Shown here in pieces: positions 1-42,200 of a stretch of 64,000 bases of DNA; within the stretch, counting starts at the first letter, position 1, and each line of letters starts with the position of its first letter. The translations under genes were made by a program, and so were the position numbers. A model generated the notes under the pieces. It made no database searches. It was not told the DNA's origin and worked only from the letters and a program-made list of their open reading frames with translations. Origin of the DNA: Podarcis filfolensis (Eukaryota); the NCBI GenBank assembly GCA_964270895.1, contig OZ185436.1, one strand, 5' to 3'.

Positions 1-1499
1 TTCAATTCTAAGGAAGTGTGCCTAGGATTGCAACATCATACTGCTGCCCTGGAAATACTCAGAATTAGATCTCCTGCCTAGGACCTATGGAATTCAACAG
101 GGTATAATGTATCCAAATCCTATGTAGAAATAGGTCGCAATATTAAACTTGCTTGCCTGGGGATGTCCCATTGAGACTAACTTCTGAGTCAACATGTGTA
201 TGATTGCATTGCTAGGATTGTGTTACCAATGTTCCACTAATGCATTCTGTAGGCCCAGTCAGGTTGGAGAGCTATTAAAATGCACAGCTATGTTCTTGAA
301 GATAGATTCTTTTATTTTTGCAAAAAAAAACCCAACAACCCTCAGTATTTTGGTTTAGGGTTCATATAAAAAACTAAGCGTTAAGCTAAAAATCATTAAA
401 ACAACCTTTAAAACAACCCATTACAAAATATAAAAATTTTAGAAGCAAATTTAGTTCAAGAGGCATTTTTATTTGCTGAATAAAATATTGACAGAAAATG
501 TGCTACACTTGGGCAACCTGCAGAGAGAAAGTGTTCGAATCAGTGAGAAAATTATTTAAAACTTCGGTATTAATGGTATGTAGAACATTACAAGTTTGAG
601 ACTAAAGTGGCGGTTAGGTATATAAGGAACACAACTCATCACCAAGGTGCTAGTCTTAAATTTTAACATTCAAAAGGTTTAGGAGTGGATCAGCATAGCT
701 CAAGGACAATCACCACCTGCATGCATCTGCCGTTATTAAGACCCTTATCAAAACCTCTCTCTCTCTTGTAAGTTTCTCCTCCGGCTACAGCAGGCAGTGA
801 GTGACCTGGGATAGGTGCCTGATCTCTGGCGCATTCTAGGGTCATATTAGCTTGAACTTCAGACCTTTTTGCATGACAATCATGCGTTCCACTACAGCTA
901 GCCTGAAATAGAATTGATCTCTAGTAGGTTGAAAAGGAAGAATGGTAATATGTTGTAAGTAGTCGGTGTAGAATGAGACACAAATACCGTAATCTGTTTG
1001 GTTATTTGCCTCCAGTGAGAACTATCAGAATGGTAATGGAGCTGAGGGTGACACACAAATGCTGCCCTTATCTTTCCCACAATAATAATAATAATCAGTG
1101 GGTGGTGGTGGGGAGATGACACTGTGTGTAGGCATCCCTTTTGTCAGGGTAGTGTATATGAAGTTGAATGCTACAAAAATATAAATATATATGAATGGGA
1201 CTTTTCTTCTTGAGTAAGAAAACAGTGAAAGTTGCCTCCTTTGCTTATTTCAGATTTGCATGCTTATGTATGTACAGTGCTGAAGATGATATGAGTTGCC
1301 TCTAGAATTTATATATCTGTTTACAAGCGTAAGATACTATTCACTCTTTCTGGACAACAGTTCCCGGAGCAGGGAGTAACAGGCATTTGATTCCCCACCG
1401 CCCGCTCAAAGCAATTAAAACATATACAGTGTGCATATATCCATATATAATCCATTCCGCGTTTTTCTACCGCCTGCCTGGCTGTCTTGTCTGTTCTGA

Positions 1500-30583
<29,084 letters not shown>

Positions 30584-31842
30584 GAACTTAAGAGGAATAT
30601 TTCTTTTTAGAATGATGCTCCGTGGTGCCAAAAGGAGACATTGAAACACCTAAAAATATTGAACACGTTCTCACATGGTGGGGAAAGGGGCCCTGTGACT
30701 TCAACTTTCAGCACTGAGAAAAAAACACAGGTGGCCTTAGAACTCCTTAATTTAAAAATCGAAACCAAACTGTCCAACATCTTGTTCCAGAGGCTGTGAC
30801 CCCTTTCCCCCCACTCCTCCTTGCCGTTCTGAAGTGACTCTTTATAGATAAGGAGAGATACAAAAGTTGGAAGTCTGCAACTTTAAAAAGCTCTATTGGA
30901 TTGATTACTTTAAGGATTGAGTATCTCAGTATATCACAGCATGATAAGTACTTCATGTGACTGGATTTCAAACGATTGTATATTCCTCAAAGGGAACAGA
31001 GGCAAGGAGCCATTTCCTACATCTTGGCAGCTAGCCTTTCATAATGACCTACCCAATGCAGTTGTTGGTAGATATGCAGTATTTTGTTGTTCACATGTGG
31101 AATTAGAAATTTTTGATGTGTACTTTCATTTTATTTTCAAAATAATGGGGTCTTTGACATTTCAAATCACTCCATTTCTACTCCAGAAACTTTGGAATCA
31201 CACAGTACTTTTCATGTGAAATTTTGTTTGGTAAAACTGAATGTAGGGTTTTTTAACCAATGGAATGATTTAATTTTGTCCTGTTAAAGTTCAGATAAAG
31301 CTACTTTGTTACATCTGCAAATTTTCATATTTTAGCAGTTGCCTGATAAAATTTAATCAGATTTTATTACCTTGTGTAGTGATCAAATGCTTCTTTGGGC
31401 TTGCATGTTACTGATTAGAAATACAGTGTAAATGAGCCGTTAACTGACGTTAAAGAACTGCTATGATGAATTTGACCAGAGCTGCACTTATCTGTTTCTC
31501 TTTCTTGCTACCTTTTGCTGTTTGTTACTTTGTGTTGACTTTGATTGTCCCTGGCTTATTTTTCCAGTCTAAAGTAAAACAAGAGTCTCGCTTAATATTG
31601 TGTATGTTTAAAATGGCAGACTGTTCTTCATTTAGAAAAGAGAAAATTCTTTATCACAAGTCCTTTTAAAAAGAGGGGAAAAAAACTTGTCAGAGGTATA
31701 TCCAATATTTTTCAGCATAAGCGCCCACCAGTAGAAATTAATCTGATGAGTTTATCTTTAACTTTTGATGTCCTGCACAGACCTTCTGGGGTCTGCATTA
31801 AGAGTAGCTGTTGAGGTTTTCTAACAGTGGCTACCATACTAT

Positions 31843-31848
31843 AATAAA
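31843..31848 (+). terminator. Candidate proximal poly(A) signal of FOXK2
   Basis: AATAAA followed by a T/GT-rich tract. Confidence 0.45.
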
Positions 31849-32467
31849 TGTGGTTTTTTTTAAAGTGTGTGTTCTGCAGTTGAACATTTTAAAGGATACT
31901 TCTCAGAGTTGTGATTGTAGAATCCACCTTACATTTCAGAACTGAACTAAAAGCTAAGACTGTTTTTTGTCTTTCATTCACATGCTGTCTTGTCCCTTCA
32001 TATTAAGGTGAGTTAAAGGTAAAGACTGGCTTGAACCTTTGATTTGCCCTTTTTTGGCAATACCATTATTTATATATATTTTTTCATTTTGAGAAGAATC
32101 TGTATTTTCATGATGGACTGAAATGGCTTGGAATGGCTTATATTTAGTCAGTTTTTGAAAACTGTTTATCTGAAGACCAAATATGAGAAATCTGTACCAA
32201 GTATCATGTTAACCCACACAGTAGAGCTGTCACAGTGTCAATCTGGATAATACATATTAAAAGATTATGAAAAAAATGCTGTACACTAGCTGGATTTATA
32301 ACAGCCACTATAAGCTGGGTAAAGCAAAAGAATTTATGTAACTGCAGCATTCTACTTTTTGTGCTGTGGTCACTTAATTTAGAAATAATTAAACTGAATT
32401 ATTGGCAAAACATTTGGTTATAAACCTACTATTTCATGAGTATTAGGCAAACTGCTGCAAGTTTTTG

Positions 32468-32473
32468 AATAAA
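32468..32473 (+). terminator. Candidate distal poly(A) signal of FOXK2
   Basis: AATAAA ending a long AT-rich UTR-like tract. Confidence 0.45.
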
Positions 32474-34528
32474 AAAATCTGGTGAAATTCTTAAGTCAGT
32501 CAAAATTTATTCACACTTGGAAGTTTTCTTATGCACCCAATATAGTCAGTGTAGGACACAGAATCTTGGAGCAAGATTTACTTCGCTGTCCTGTGCACAT
32601 CTGTCAAAATGCCATGGTTCCAGGTAAGGGCGCATAGAATGATAGCCTTCAATATAAGAATCTTTAAACTCACCTGCTGTTGACCTACCCCTTCTTCCAT
32701 GGGCAGGATACTCTAGACATGCTTGCATTTCCATTCCATAAACTTGGTTAAGTAATGCTATGCTATTTGAGCACTGGGGAAAGCTTAGATATAACTTTAA
32801 AGTGTCAAAATGCCAATTGCCAGGGCTCAGACAAGTGAAACAGGAGGGCATGAGTAGGATAGGCATTGGAAGTAATAACATAAACAGAGTATTACCAAAT
32901 ACAGAAATTCTTTCCTACCCTGTCTGCCAGTGGTGTCTTATCTTTGCTTGTCTTACTCCCTTTCCCTTATTATATGTAATATGTGAAGCTTTTACTTCAG
33001 TCGCCTTTGTAAACAAGTAATTGCACAAAAATACTAGGATTTCATTGAAGTGTATATTATGGCTCTCTGACATTGCAGCTGTCTGCTTGTGTGACTGCTA
33101 CTTGAAACCGGTGCTGATGTTTTTTGCAGAAGAAAATTTAATACAAGTCCATTTTAGGTTACCGAAGACACTTGGACCAAGTGGGCAATTGCCTGGATGA
33201 AATAGCTAATGCAAAATCAGTCTTCCCACCCCCCGAGCAATTTGAGTCACATGAGCAAATGCCTGCTAGTTATATCAACATCTGGGTTTATATATTTCCC
33301 CAACGGTGTTGCACAGAAAAGGAGCTCTGGGTAATTTCTGAGCAGCATGGCACAGTCTCTTACCATATCAATGTTGTAGTTAGCTGATGTACCTACTAGT
33401 GTTTGGATTATACTACCATTACTACAGTTGCTAAAAGTTGTTTCTGCACTGAGCAGTGCTTATTTTTCATCAGAATTTGACTTTCCTTTACGCATGAATT
33501 ATTGTGATTTTAGCTAGTGTTTTCCATGGCCAAGGCTCAGGTGCAGAGAAATGGCATATGCATTTAACTATTAATAGCTGTTCTAGGTTGTACTTGTGTT
33601 TGTGTAAGTAGTCTAATCGGCATTTCTTTCAAAACCAGTCAGACAAGCCCCTACTGGAGAGGAAGGTCCATCCAATCTTGTTTCATGTGCTGTGGGAGGA
33701 GACCTCTCAACTCATTTTAACAGTGGCAGGAGAAGGTTAATCTGTCAAGTGGGAATATGGCATTGGTGAGAAATGAAACATACATGCACACAAATGTCAC
33801 ACTTAAGTTTCTTTTCCTGAACATTCATAGGATGGTGGAGTGAAAGTGTATTACATTATAAGCTTTCAAACAAGTCTACTTTGGAAGATAGATTATCCTA
33901 GGGTTGGCAGAGGTAGGCATGCTTATAGACAATATGCATAACAGTGAAGGTCATGGAAGATGAAATACAGAAGACTGAGCATTTTTTAAGCCTTAAATGT
34001 GTGTGAAGTAAATGCTGTTACAATTGACAAACTAGTGTTAATAACTACTGGGATTTTTTAAAAATGTTACCTTCAACCTGTGGGTGATGGAACTGAACTT
34101 CCTGTTTATTTTGCTTCAGCATACCTATCCTCCTTGAAAAATTCTGCAAACATTACTTCTCTACCTGAGTTTTATGAGATTTGGCAAGGGTCTGGCAGTG
34201 ATGGATTTCAGCAAAGAAACAACATTACTGTTTAAAAACTATATAATAAAAGGGTATCCCTAGAACAAAAGGTAATGATAAGAATTGGAAGTTGGTGTCA
34301 AAGAATTTGGCCAGAGGCATAGGTAGGAAAGAGAAAACTACCTTATACAGACTGTCCACCTAGACTCAACAAACATGTTTCCCTTCACTGGTCCACTAAT
34401 TTAAAATGTCAGCAACATTGTTGGATACAATCTATTAGCGCCATAGATTACATGCATCCTACTCCTAATTGATCTTGAGCTATTTAGGCAATTTAAATAA
34501 AACAAAGGACAGAACTAGCACCCATATA

Positions 34529-34741
34529 CAGTGGTACATCCGGTTGTGGATGGGATCCATTCTGGAGCTCCGGTCGGATCCCGAGGTTTTCGCAACTGGA
34601 GGTGCCTGTTCTGCGCATGCGCGTGGCGCGGTAGAGCACTTCTGCGCATGCGGCAAAACCCAGAAAAATACTTCCGGGTTTGCCACGTGCATATACTGAA
34701 GGATACGTAACCAGAGGTGTGCCTAAGTAGAGGTACTGCTG
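34529..34741. mobile_element. Tc1/mariner (Tigger/pogo-like) MITE, degenerate TIRs
   Basis: TA-CAGTGGTACATC...GAGGTACTGCTG-TA; CpG-rich interior. Confidence 0.7.
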
Positions 34742-34786
34742 TACAGAACTTCTGTTACCATAAAATGAATACAGCAAATTAAGTCA

Positions 34787-34792
34787 CTTTAA
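34787..34792 (-). terminator. Candidate poly(A) signal of WDR45B (ATTAAA)
   Basis: TTTAAT on +, about 1.4 kb past the stop, in context that is T-rich on the minus strand. Confidence 0.3.
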
Positions 34793-35147
34793 TTAAAGAA
34801 AATTACAAAAGGTGTGCAAAACAATTTCCATGATTAAATACACATTTAAAAGCAACATGCAAACTGACATCTGAATATAGGTTTTAGTTAAATGACAAAT
34901 TCCAATACTTTTCAACTTGAACCAAGACTTCAATTAATTTTGAAGTATGCATGAAATCAAGGGAGCTAATAACTGAAGTTGCGTTTTAAGGGGATGATAT
35001 TGGTAACTTCAAATTATGTGTCCAAATACCTCATTTCCCAAAATATAGTGTTGTGATTGATGTACTACTTAGTGTTCACAGAGACAGCGGCTTAGTTTGT
35101 TCTGAACACATAATAAGCTTGCTGTATGATAGGGATTTCTTACAGGC

Positions 35148-35275
35148 TATAAGGTGGGAAAGCTGCAGCCCTCCAGCTGTTTGACTACACCTCTCATCAT
35201 CCTTGGCCATGCTGGCTAGCACTGACGGCAGTGAAGTCCAGTAACATCTGGAGGGTCACACTTTCCCCCTTCTTG
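35148..35275. mobile_element. hAT-type MITE, same family as 12088-12224
   Basis: GCCCTCCAG...CTGGAGGGTC inverted ends; no TSD seen. Confidence 0.6.
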
Positions 35276-36146
35276 TTGTTCAGTATACTACCCTCTTGGC
35301 CATTACAGATTATCTTGTACTTGTAGAACTTCCCCAGCACAACCTAAGTGCAAATACCAATGGATCAAGAACTGAAGTGTCTGGAATGGTTATTTCCAAT
35401 ATCTAAGCTGTTTGCTGTCACTTTCCCAACATCTCAACATTGTCCCATGCCACTTCCTGCCCTGCAGAATGGTTATTTAGGCCAACAGTACTTTAATGAT
35501 GTTTGCTATGGATTTCTTTTGGCACCTCTGACAAATGACAAACAAGTTAATATCTATTTATAACAGCATGAAAACAAGGACCTTGAGCATTCTATCTATG
35601 TCAGAGCAAGTGCAACTAAGAGCCAACTTGCTATAATATTCCTTTCTGTGTATTAGAAGATAGGAGGAAAAGGACATTTTACAAAGGCAGAAACTGCTGG
35701 TATAGATTTCCTGCCACCCCCTTAAGCATGGTACTAGAACTCAAATCTGTATGTACTTTTGACATGTCCCATTCACTGTTTAAACCTTAGTAATCTCCTG
35801 CCGCTTCACTCTTATGGAGTGGCAGGCACTAAGCTTCACAGTTTAATTACAGAGAGAAACCCAATAGGCACAGGCTATTGAAACATTTTTTTTTAAAAAA
35901 GGGGGGAAATTGAAGGAACAACAGCAGCCAAAACTTAACATTTAAAACCAGCTGTTGACAGTTAACGTAGTAGTCCTCTGCCTTGCTCTGTCCATACTGG
36001 TTTGGGCTTCTTAAAGTCATCTGTCCCATCTTGAGCAGCACAGTTGACTGAAGGTAGTGAGAGGCCATCTCTTCAGGAAAGGGAGAATAAGTAGGACGGG
36101 GTTCCAGATCTCCTTCCCCCCTACCTACAAATTTCCATCAGTTCAG

Positions 36147-36253
36147 TCAAAGTTTGTCATCAGTCATTTCTAGGAACTGAGCATAGACATCCCTGGAGCA
36201 TTCCCCTTTTTGATTGAATAAAAATTTGTAGTAGCTGCCATCTGCACAGATCG
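36147..36253 (-). CDS. WDR45B: WDR45B exon 10 (last coding exon)
   Basis: [35 protein letters not shown] then TGA. Confidence 0.96.
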
Positions 36254-39200
36254 CTGCAAGAGAAAGATACTGTTTTCAGTTTGGCAACTGAAGTCAATTG
36301 CTTACATATTGTGTTTCACTGCACAGCTTTTGCTTGTGAGAGCAGCAAGAGACGCCACATTACCTGCAGGCTAAGAAATGTTCTCCTATAAGACCTGCGC
36401 TATATACGCCAATCAGTTCTAGCACCTGGCTTGCCCCACCTCAGACAGTTCTTGATGAATCATTAAGCTGCCCTCCGTGAGATCTCAAGCAACAATCTTG
36501 AGCGTTCAACATTCCTTGCAATCTAAACATTTTACAATCTTAGGCTGCAATCATACGACATTAATCTGGAGTTAAAACCCATTTATATAAAACACACTCC
36601 CATCAAGTACAGAGGGAGATTCCTCTAGAAAGCTTGTTTGTGAGCACAGCTGCTTGAATTCATGGTCTATGTTTGGGATATGCATAGTGAGGGGCCTTGT
36701 TTGATTTTTGGTGAAACTTGAGATTCTTACCTAAGACAGAATTCGGCTCTGTTCCAAAGGCACAGATGCAGGGAGAGCCTGAGGGAACCTGAAATTTGGA
36801 AAAACTCCATTTGGAACTGAAGTATTTGGGCAGGAAGCTGGCTGATGCTAAGCTGAAAAAGAAAGAAAGCTCTCTTCAGCATCATCTCAACCCAGTAGTC
36901 CAGGCACTGAAGCAAACTGACTCCTAGCAGCACGTATTAAGGTTCACAATTATTTTAGTGATTATTTTAATTATTTACTTTATTTTAGCTACTGATACAT
37001 TCTTCCTGTATGAAGTTACCTAATCATTTTTGCCTAGAGATCATCACACTGGCCTCAGCTGCTTACCTCGACTGCTTGTTTCTCTTAGGATCCTCCGCAG
37101 CAAAAATGTGCACTGTGGCATGATCACTTGACACACAAATGAGAGAAGCATCTTGGTTGAAGTTAATGCTAAAGGAGAAGTCAGAAACAAGTCTGCTTAT
37201 AACACCACTGTCATGGAATAAGTTACTTTTTAAAGAAATGCCTATGTGTATATACTGCAACTTTTCAAACGCTATAAGCCAACCTCTTTCCCAAGTATCT
37301 TAAAAACAAGAGTTTCTAACTGTAGGTTTTGGGGAGGTTATCTAAAGCAATGCCACCTTGCAACAACATACCCAGTGAGATGCTAACCTTTTACCAGCAG
37401 GTGTTGATGCAGAGTGAAGCAGCATCAGCAACTGAAGTGGTAGAAAGTGAAAGAGCATTCACCCCAGAAGTAAACCACATAGATGGGAGGAAGGGAAATA
37501 TATTCACACCTTTAGAAAGCATTAACTCCTCCATAATACATGTAGCTGAAGAAAAGGACACACAGATACTGGTGAGGCATAATTACTTCTTAATTAGTAT
37601 CTTAGTTCTTCTATAAACCAACACAGTTGCAGGATGAATGCTACTTTAATTCTGAGTTTGAAAAAAGGTGCAGACATCAAAGATCCTATGGACATAGAAC
37701 TAAGGGATCCTTGTTTCCCCAACTTTTTAAAGCTATAGAAAAGTTCACATGTTTGAACTGATGCTTTATTGTATATCTCATACAATGCTACCTCTCAGAG
37801 TTAACCCCCACTCCCATTTTTGTTTGTTTGTTTAATGCTCAACTCTCAATTGGATTAAATTCATCTTGAACTGTACTGCTGCTGATTTCTCTACCTGTGT
37901 GATGTCACATTTTCCCCCAAAAGAATTTTCAGATACCAAGCCTAATGTTTATATTTGTCTGATGTGCTACACATAACACTGAACTGGCTAATGTGAAAAG
38001 CCAGCTGACAGTATCAGCTGTATGATTAGTAGGTCACAGATGGAAGAAAATTATTCACACGCAGGAAGTTCATGTCTCTTAACTGGAAAACGGGGGAGTA
38101 GTTTTAAAGCATGAAACCCCCATTTGTACAGCAGCCACTCCCTCATCTTGCTGATGATCAAGGCAAAGCATGATTCCGCCAATCCCCCCCCCCCCCAACA
38201 CATTAACAAAACAATAAACCTTACCAGTAGATATTGGCAGCCTGAGACCCTCTGCGCAGTTCCTGGATTAAATGCCCAGATGATGTATCAAATATTCTTA
38301 TTAGGGTCCCCTTGAAAAGCAACAGCACACATTAAAGATGTGAGGGGAGCCTTTCAAAAACAACACAAGTTCTTCCCAGAACACATTAGGATACAGCTGT
38401 TCACTTCCCAGATGATGGCTCTGTCATTTTACCTCCACCCTACACTATCGTAGCTGCACATCTTTGCCTTTCCCATATGGAATTATTTTTGTTATCCGGT
38501 GTTATCCCACATATTTGGAAATCCTCTCAGGTTTATCTGCATGAATATATCCAAGATCAATGCCACTAAAGTCAGTATTTTGACAGGAAAATTGAGAAAG
38601 TCTACATGAACTGGATTTATACCGTATACAGTAGTCTGAACCTAGTATATAACACATTTGTTACATATTTTGGAAGATTCTGGCATGCAATAGTGAGGCA
38701 GCAGGATGAAAGGTTTGAGTGAGGAACGAATAGCCAGGGAACCTATTTGAAGCAATGCAGGTTACAGGCTGCCAAAGAATGCAGTTTATCTCTTGACCAA
38801 TATTTGCAATAACAGCATGCGTGTTTTCAAATGTAATCACTACAACCACAAAGGTTACCAACTTTCTGTATAAACTTTAAAGCCAAGACTTTCACAAATT
38901 CAACTTCTGTGTTAGATGATAGTCTTCCCAGTAGGCTTAACAGTAAATTAAAGACTATACAATGCACCTATTAAAATGCCACGCAGACTCTCAAGATGAC
39001 ACAATTCAGGGTTCATTCTAAACCATTAAGGACTCTTGTGCTGTTTTCTAGCCAACTGTGGAGTAAAATCATTGACTTACTTTTTCTGATGCTGTGGCAA
39101 TTCTTGTTCCCTGTAGGTTAAGAGCTATGCAACTCAAGACCCCTTCATGAGCTGGTATATCTACAGGAGGTTTCTCTGTATTTGCCAGGTCCACTATCTG

Positions 39201-42200
39201 CACATGTCCAGTATGTGTTCCAGGGAATGCAAGTAGGGAATTATTACTGTTTGGGCACAGGACACAAAGACCTGAAATACAATTTAAAGTATTGAGGAAT
39301 AGGCATTTTTACTACCATCTCTGTCCTCCCCACCTTCCATCTGAAAATAAGTTTTGAGAGTACTTGGAGCACTCAAAAAAGCAAGCTAGGAAGCTTCATG
39401 TTACCACATAGCCATGAGTGTCAATGTCTGTATAAGCAAAAGGCAGGATTTACCGAATGAGTCCCATCAGCACAAACCCTGCAATAGAGCTTCCGTTTGC
39501 GCAATAGGGCTTTCCCCCCTTCTCCTGCTTCCATGGCTCTCAAAATTGGCTCAAGGTGATTGGGAGAACCCTCAGAACAGCACACGGGGGAGGAGATGGG
39601 AAACTGTTTTGTCGGACAAACTGCAATGCTCGCACTGATGGAACGTTAATCATAGCATACCGTTGACTCCCACCCAAAATTGACAATTAGCCCTGAAATG
39701 CCATATTCCAACAATGCATTTCCCAACAATGTTTTTTCTTTTTTCCAAATCCAACGTGAAAACTATGGGAAGATGGAGGACAAATGGTTTTCCACTGCAC
39801 TTAATGGGGATGACAAGGATGCTATGGCTCAGCATCACAGCACTTGCAAAGCATGAGAAAGGTCCAAGTCGTTTTTTTATATAGTTAAGTCCTAGGGTGT
39901 GCAAAATAGACAGCATCAGTTATCATAAGGAGTACAATAGCAAACAAGAAGAACAGCACAGGATCTTTCTTTGTTCCTCTTACACTTTATGTAGTGAATA
40001 ACACTTACCTTTAGGATTGTAGCAGGTTTCGAAGACGTGCAACTGGTGAGGGTTGTGCGTGAATGTGAAAACCTTAATCATAGAGTCCAGAACTACCACG
40101 ATTCTGAAAGAGAAGGCAATGGCAGGCCAATTAGCATCATGTCCAGCTACACTGGTCCAACTCCAAACTGGGGGAAAAACAGAAGGAGCTCTCCATACAA
40201 CAGAGTGTGACCAGACTCACCTATCTCTTCGCAGCTTAACTGCTTTGACTTCTGTGGAAAATTCTATTTCGATAACGGTCTTCTTTTTCAGATCATCCCA
40301 GATCATCACTGCAGAAATGGAAATGGCCTTATTAGTCTTAAAGTAACACCTTGCAATCTTACAAAGTGCTTCCAGAGATGCCACTTTGGAAGTCTAGCTA
40401 CATGAGGAACTACTGCATCCCGGACTACCCAGTTTGCACTGGTTCACTTGGCAAAAAAACAAAAAACAAAAACCATACCCCAAGTTCAGATCTTCAAAAT
40501 TAGACATTGTACAGTTAGCATTCAGTTACAATTGGTTTGGGGCAGGAGAAAATAGAAGCATCAGCTACATCCAAACAAGTCTTATATGATGGCATTCTGA
40601 AGCTTAGTCTACCCTCTTCTTCACCCTCCCCACCTGCTACTGCCAATAGCTTTTTATTCCTGTTTATGTGGGAGTGCAGTATCATGGCTGCTTATCAAAA
40701 TCTGTTTATCCTTTGACCATCTGGAAAAACACAAATTATCCTGAATACAGGGAAACAATAGGTCACAGATTGCTCTAGCTAGCACCTGGCATTAAAAGGA
40801 ATGATACCTCATTGCACAACTCGAGAAGGGTGACAGCTAAGTCCACATTTATTCAAATTTTAAACTACCCAGGAGGTTTTTGATAAAATCTGCTTGAACA
40901 CCAGTTACATTAAAGCTGCTTGGAAATGTTTAGTGCTGAAGTCAGCCCTAAGCTATTGCTTACTTACTGCTCAATACTTTACCTTTATTAGGTGGGTATT
41001 TGGGTTTTTTTCCTCCACCAACCAAAGCTAAATAATTGCAGCGAAACAACATTTCAACATGGCCAACGCCTCCTTCTAGAAATTCTGGAGAGGGAAAAGG
41101 GACATTTTTAATTAAACACGCAAGGCAAATAAAAGTTTATTAATACTGTAACTTCTTTGTGTATCAAGAGGATTCTCTCCAAAGACTCCAAGTTAAAATG
41201 CAGCTGATGTCAGTCCTCTTTTACTTTTTACTCCTGGAGTGCCTCGTTTCAAGACAATGCTTTATCATCAGAAAAGCCTGCTCAGAGCCTTCTTCTGACC
41301 ACACATTATGGACACAGCAATATTATACTGGATCAAAGTTTTAAAAAATTGTACTCAAATTCTGGCAAGTGAAATCTCTGTTCTATGCACAGTTACTTGA
41401 GGGTATAGGATTGCACAGCACGTGGTTTAAGATGAAAAAAATGGCGCAGCAGAACAACTATGTATATTGAGGAAGAATCTCACCTTGTTTCTCCTTCTCT
41501 TTGAGCGGATCTGCATTAAACACTCTAAATCCATTTTCCATCCCACATGCAAAGCACCCTAAAAAAGAAGAGGATTACTACGTCAGGTATATATGCTCTT
41601 TATCAACAGGCAAAAGACAGCTCAGTAGTAGCACATGCTCTGTGTACAGAAGTCCCAGGCATCTCCCATTAGGAGGGTCAGGTAAGACTCATCCCTGCCA
41701 GAGATGCTCTTAGTCACAACAGGCTATACAGGAATCTAACTGCAAGTACAGATACAATGCATTACAGTGGTTCAGTTGTGTCCATGGCAGTAGAATGGAT
41801 TTGTGAACATTTTAGAAAAGCAATTGGCACTAAAAGCTATAAAGATGCCTGGAACCTGATGTATTTTCTTGGCTATTTAGGATCAAACCTACACAGCTGT
41901 TTATAGGGATTAGGGAGTCCTCATTCTGCCAAGGGTAATTTGTTTTTGAACAGGCTGGCCCACAACAGGCTTAAACTGAGAGCTCTGTCAACCACACATT
42001 TCTTGTTTCTTGTAGTTGATGCCAGTTATTGAGAAAAATGTGTCTTCCCTTTCCCCGCCCCCTTCTGTTCCTCTACCTCAGCATTTATAGTAAACTGCAT
42101 ATTATTTTTCCCATTTATTTGTTTACCAAGAAGCACAATCAAGTACATCAATCTAAATATTTTTTCCTTTCAGCCAGTTCAAAACTTTATTTATTATAAT

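Noticed and set aside
1-1400. Possible 3' end of the upstream neighbour (NARF in human synteny)
   Set aside because: No coding sequence visible; a lone AATAAA is not enough
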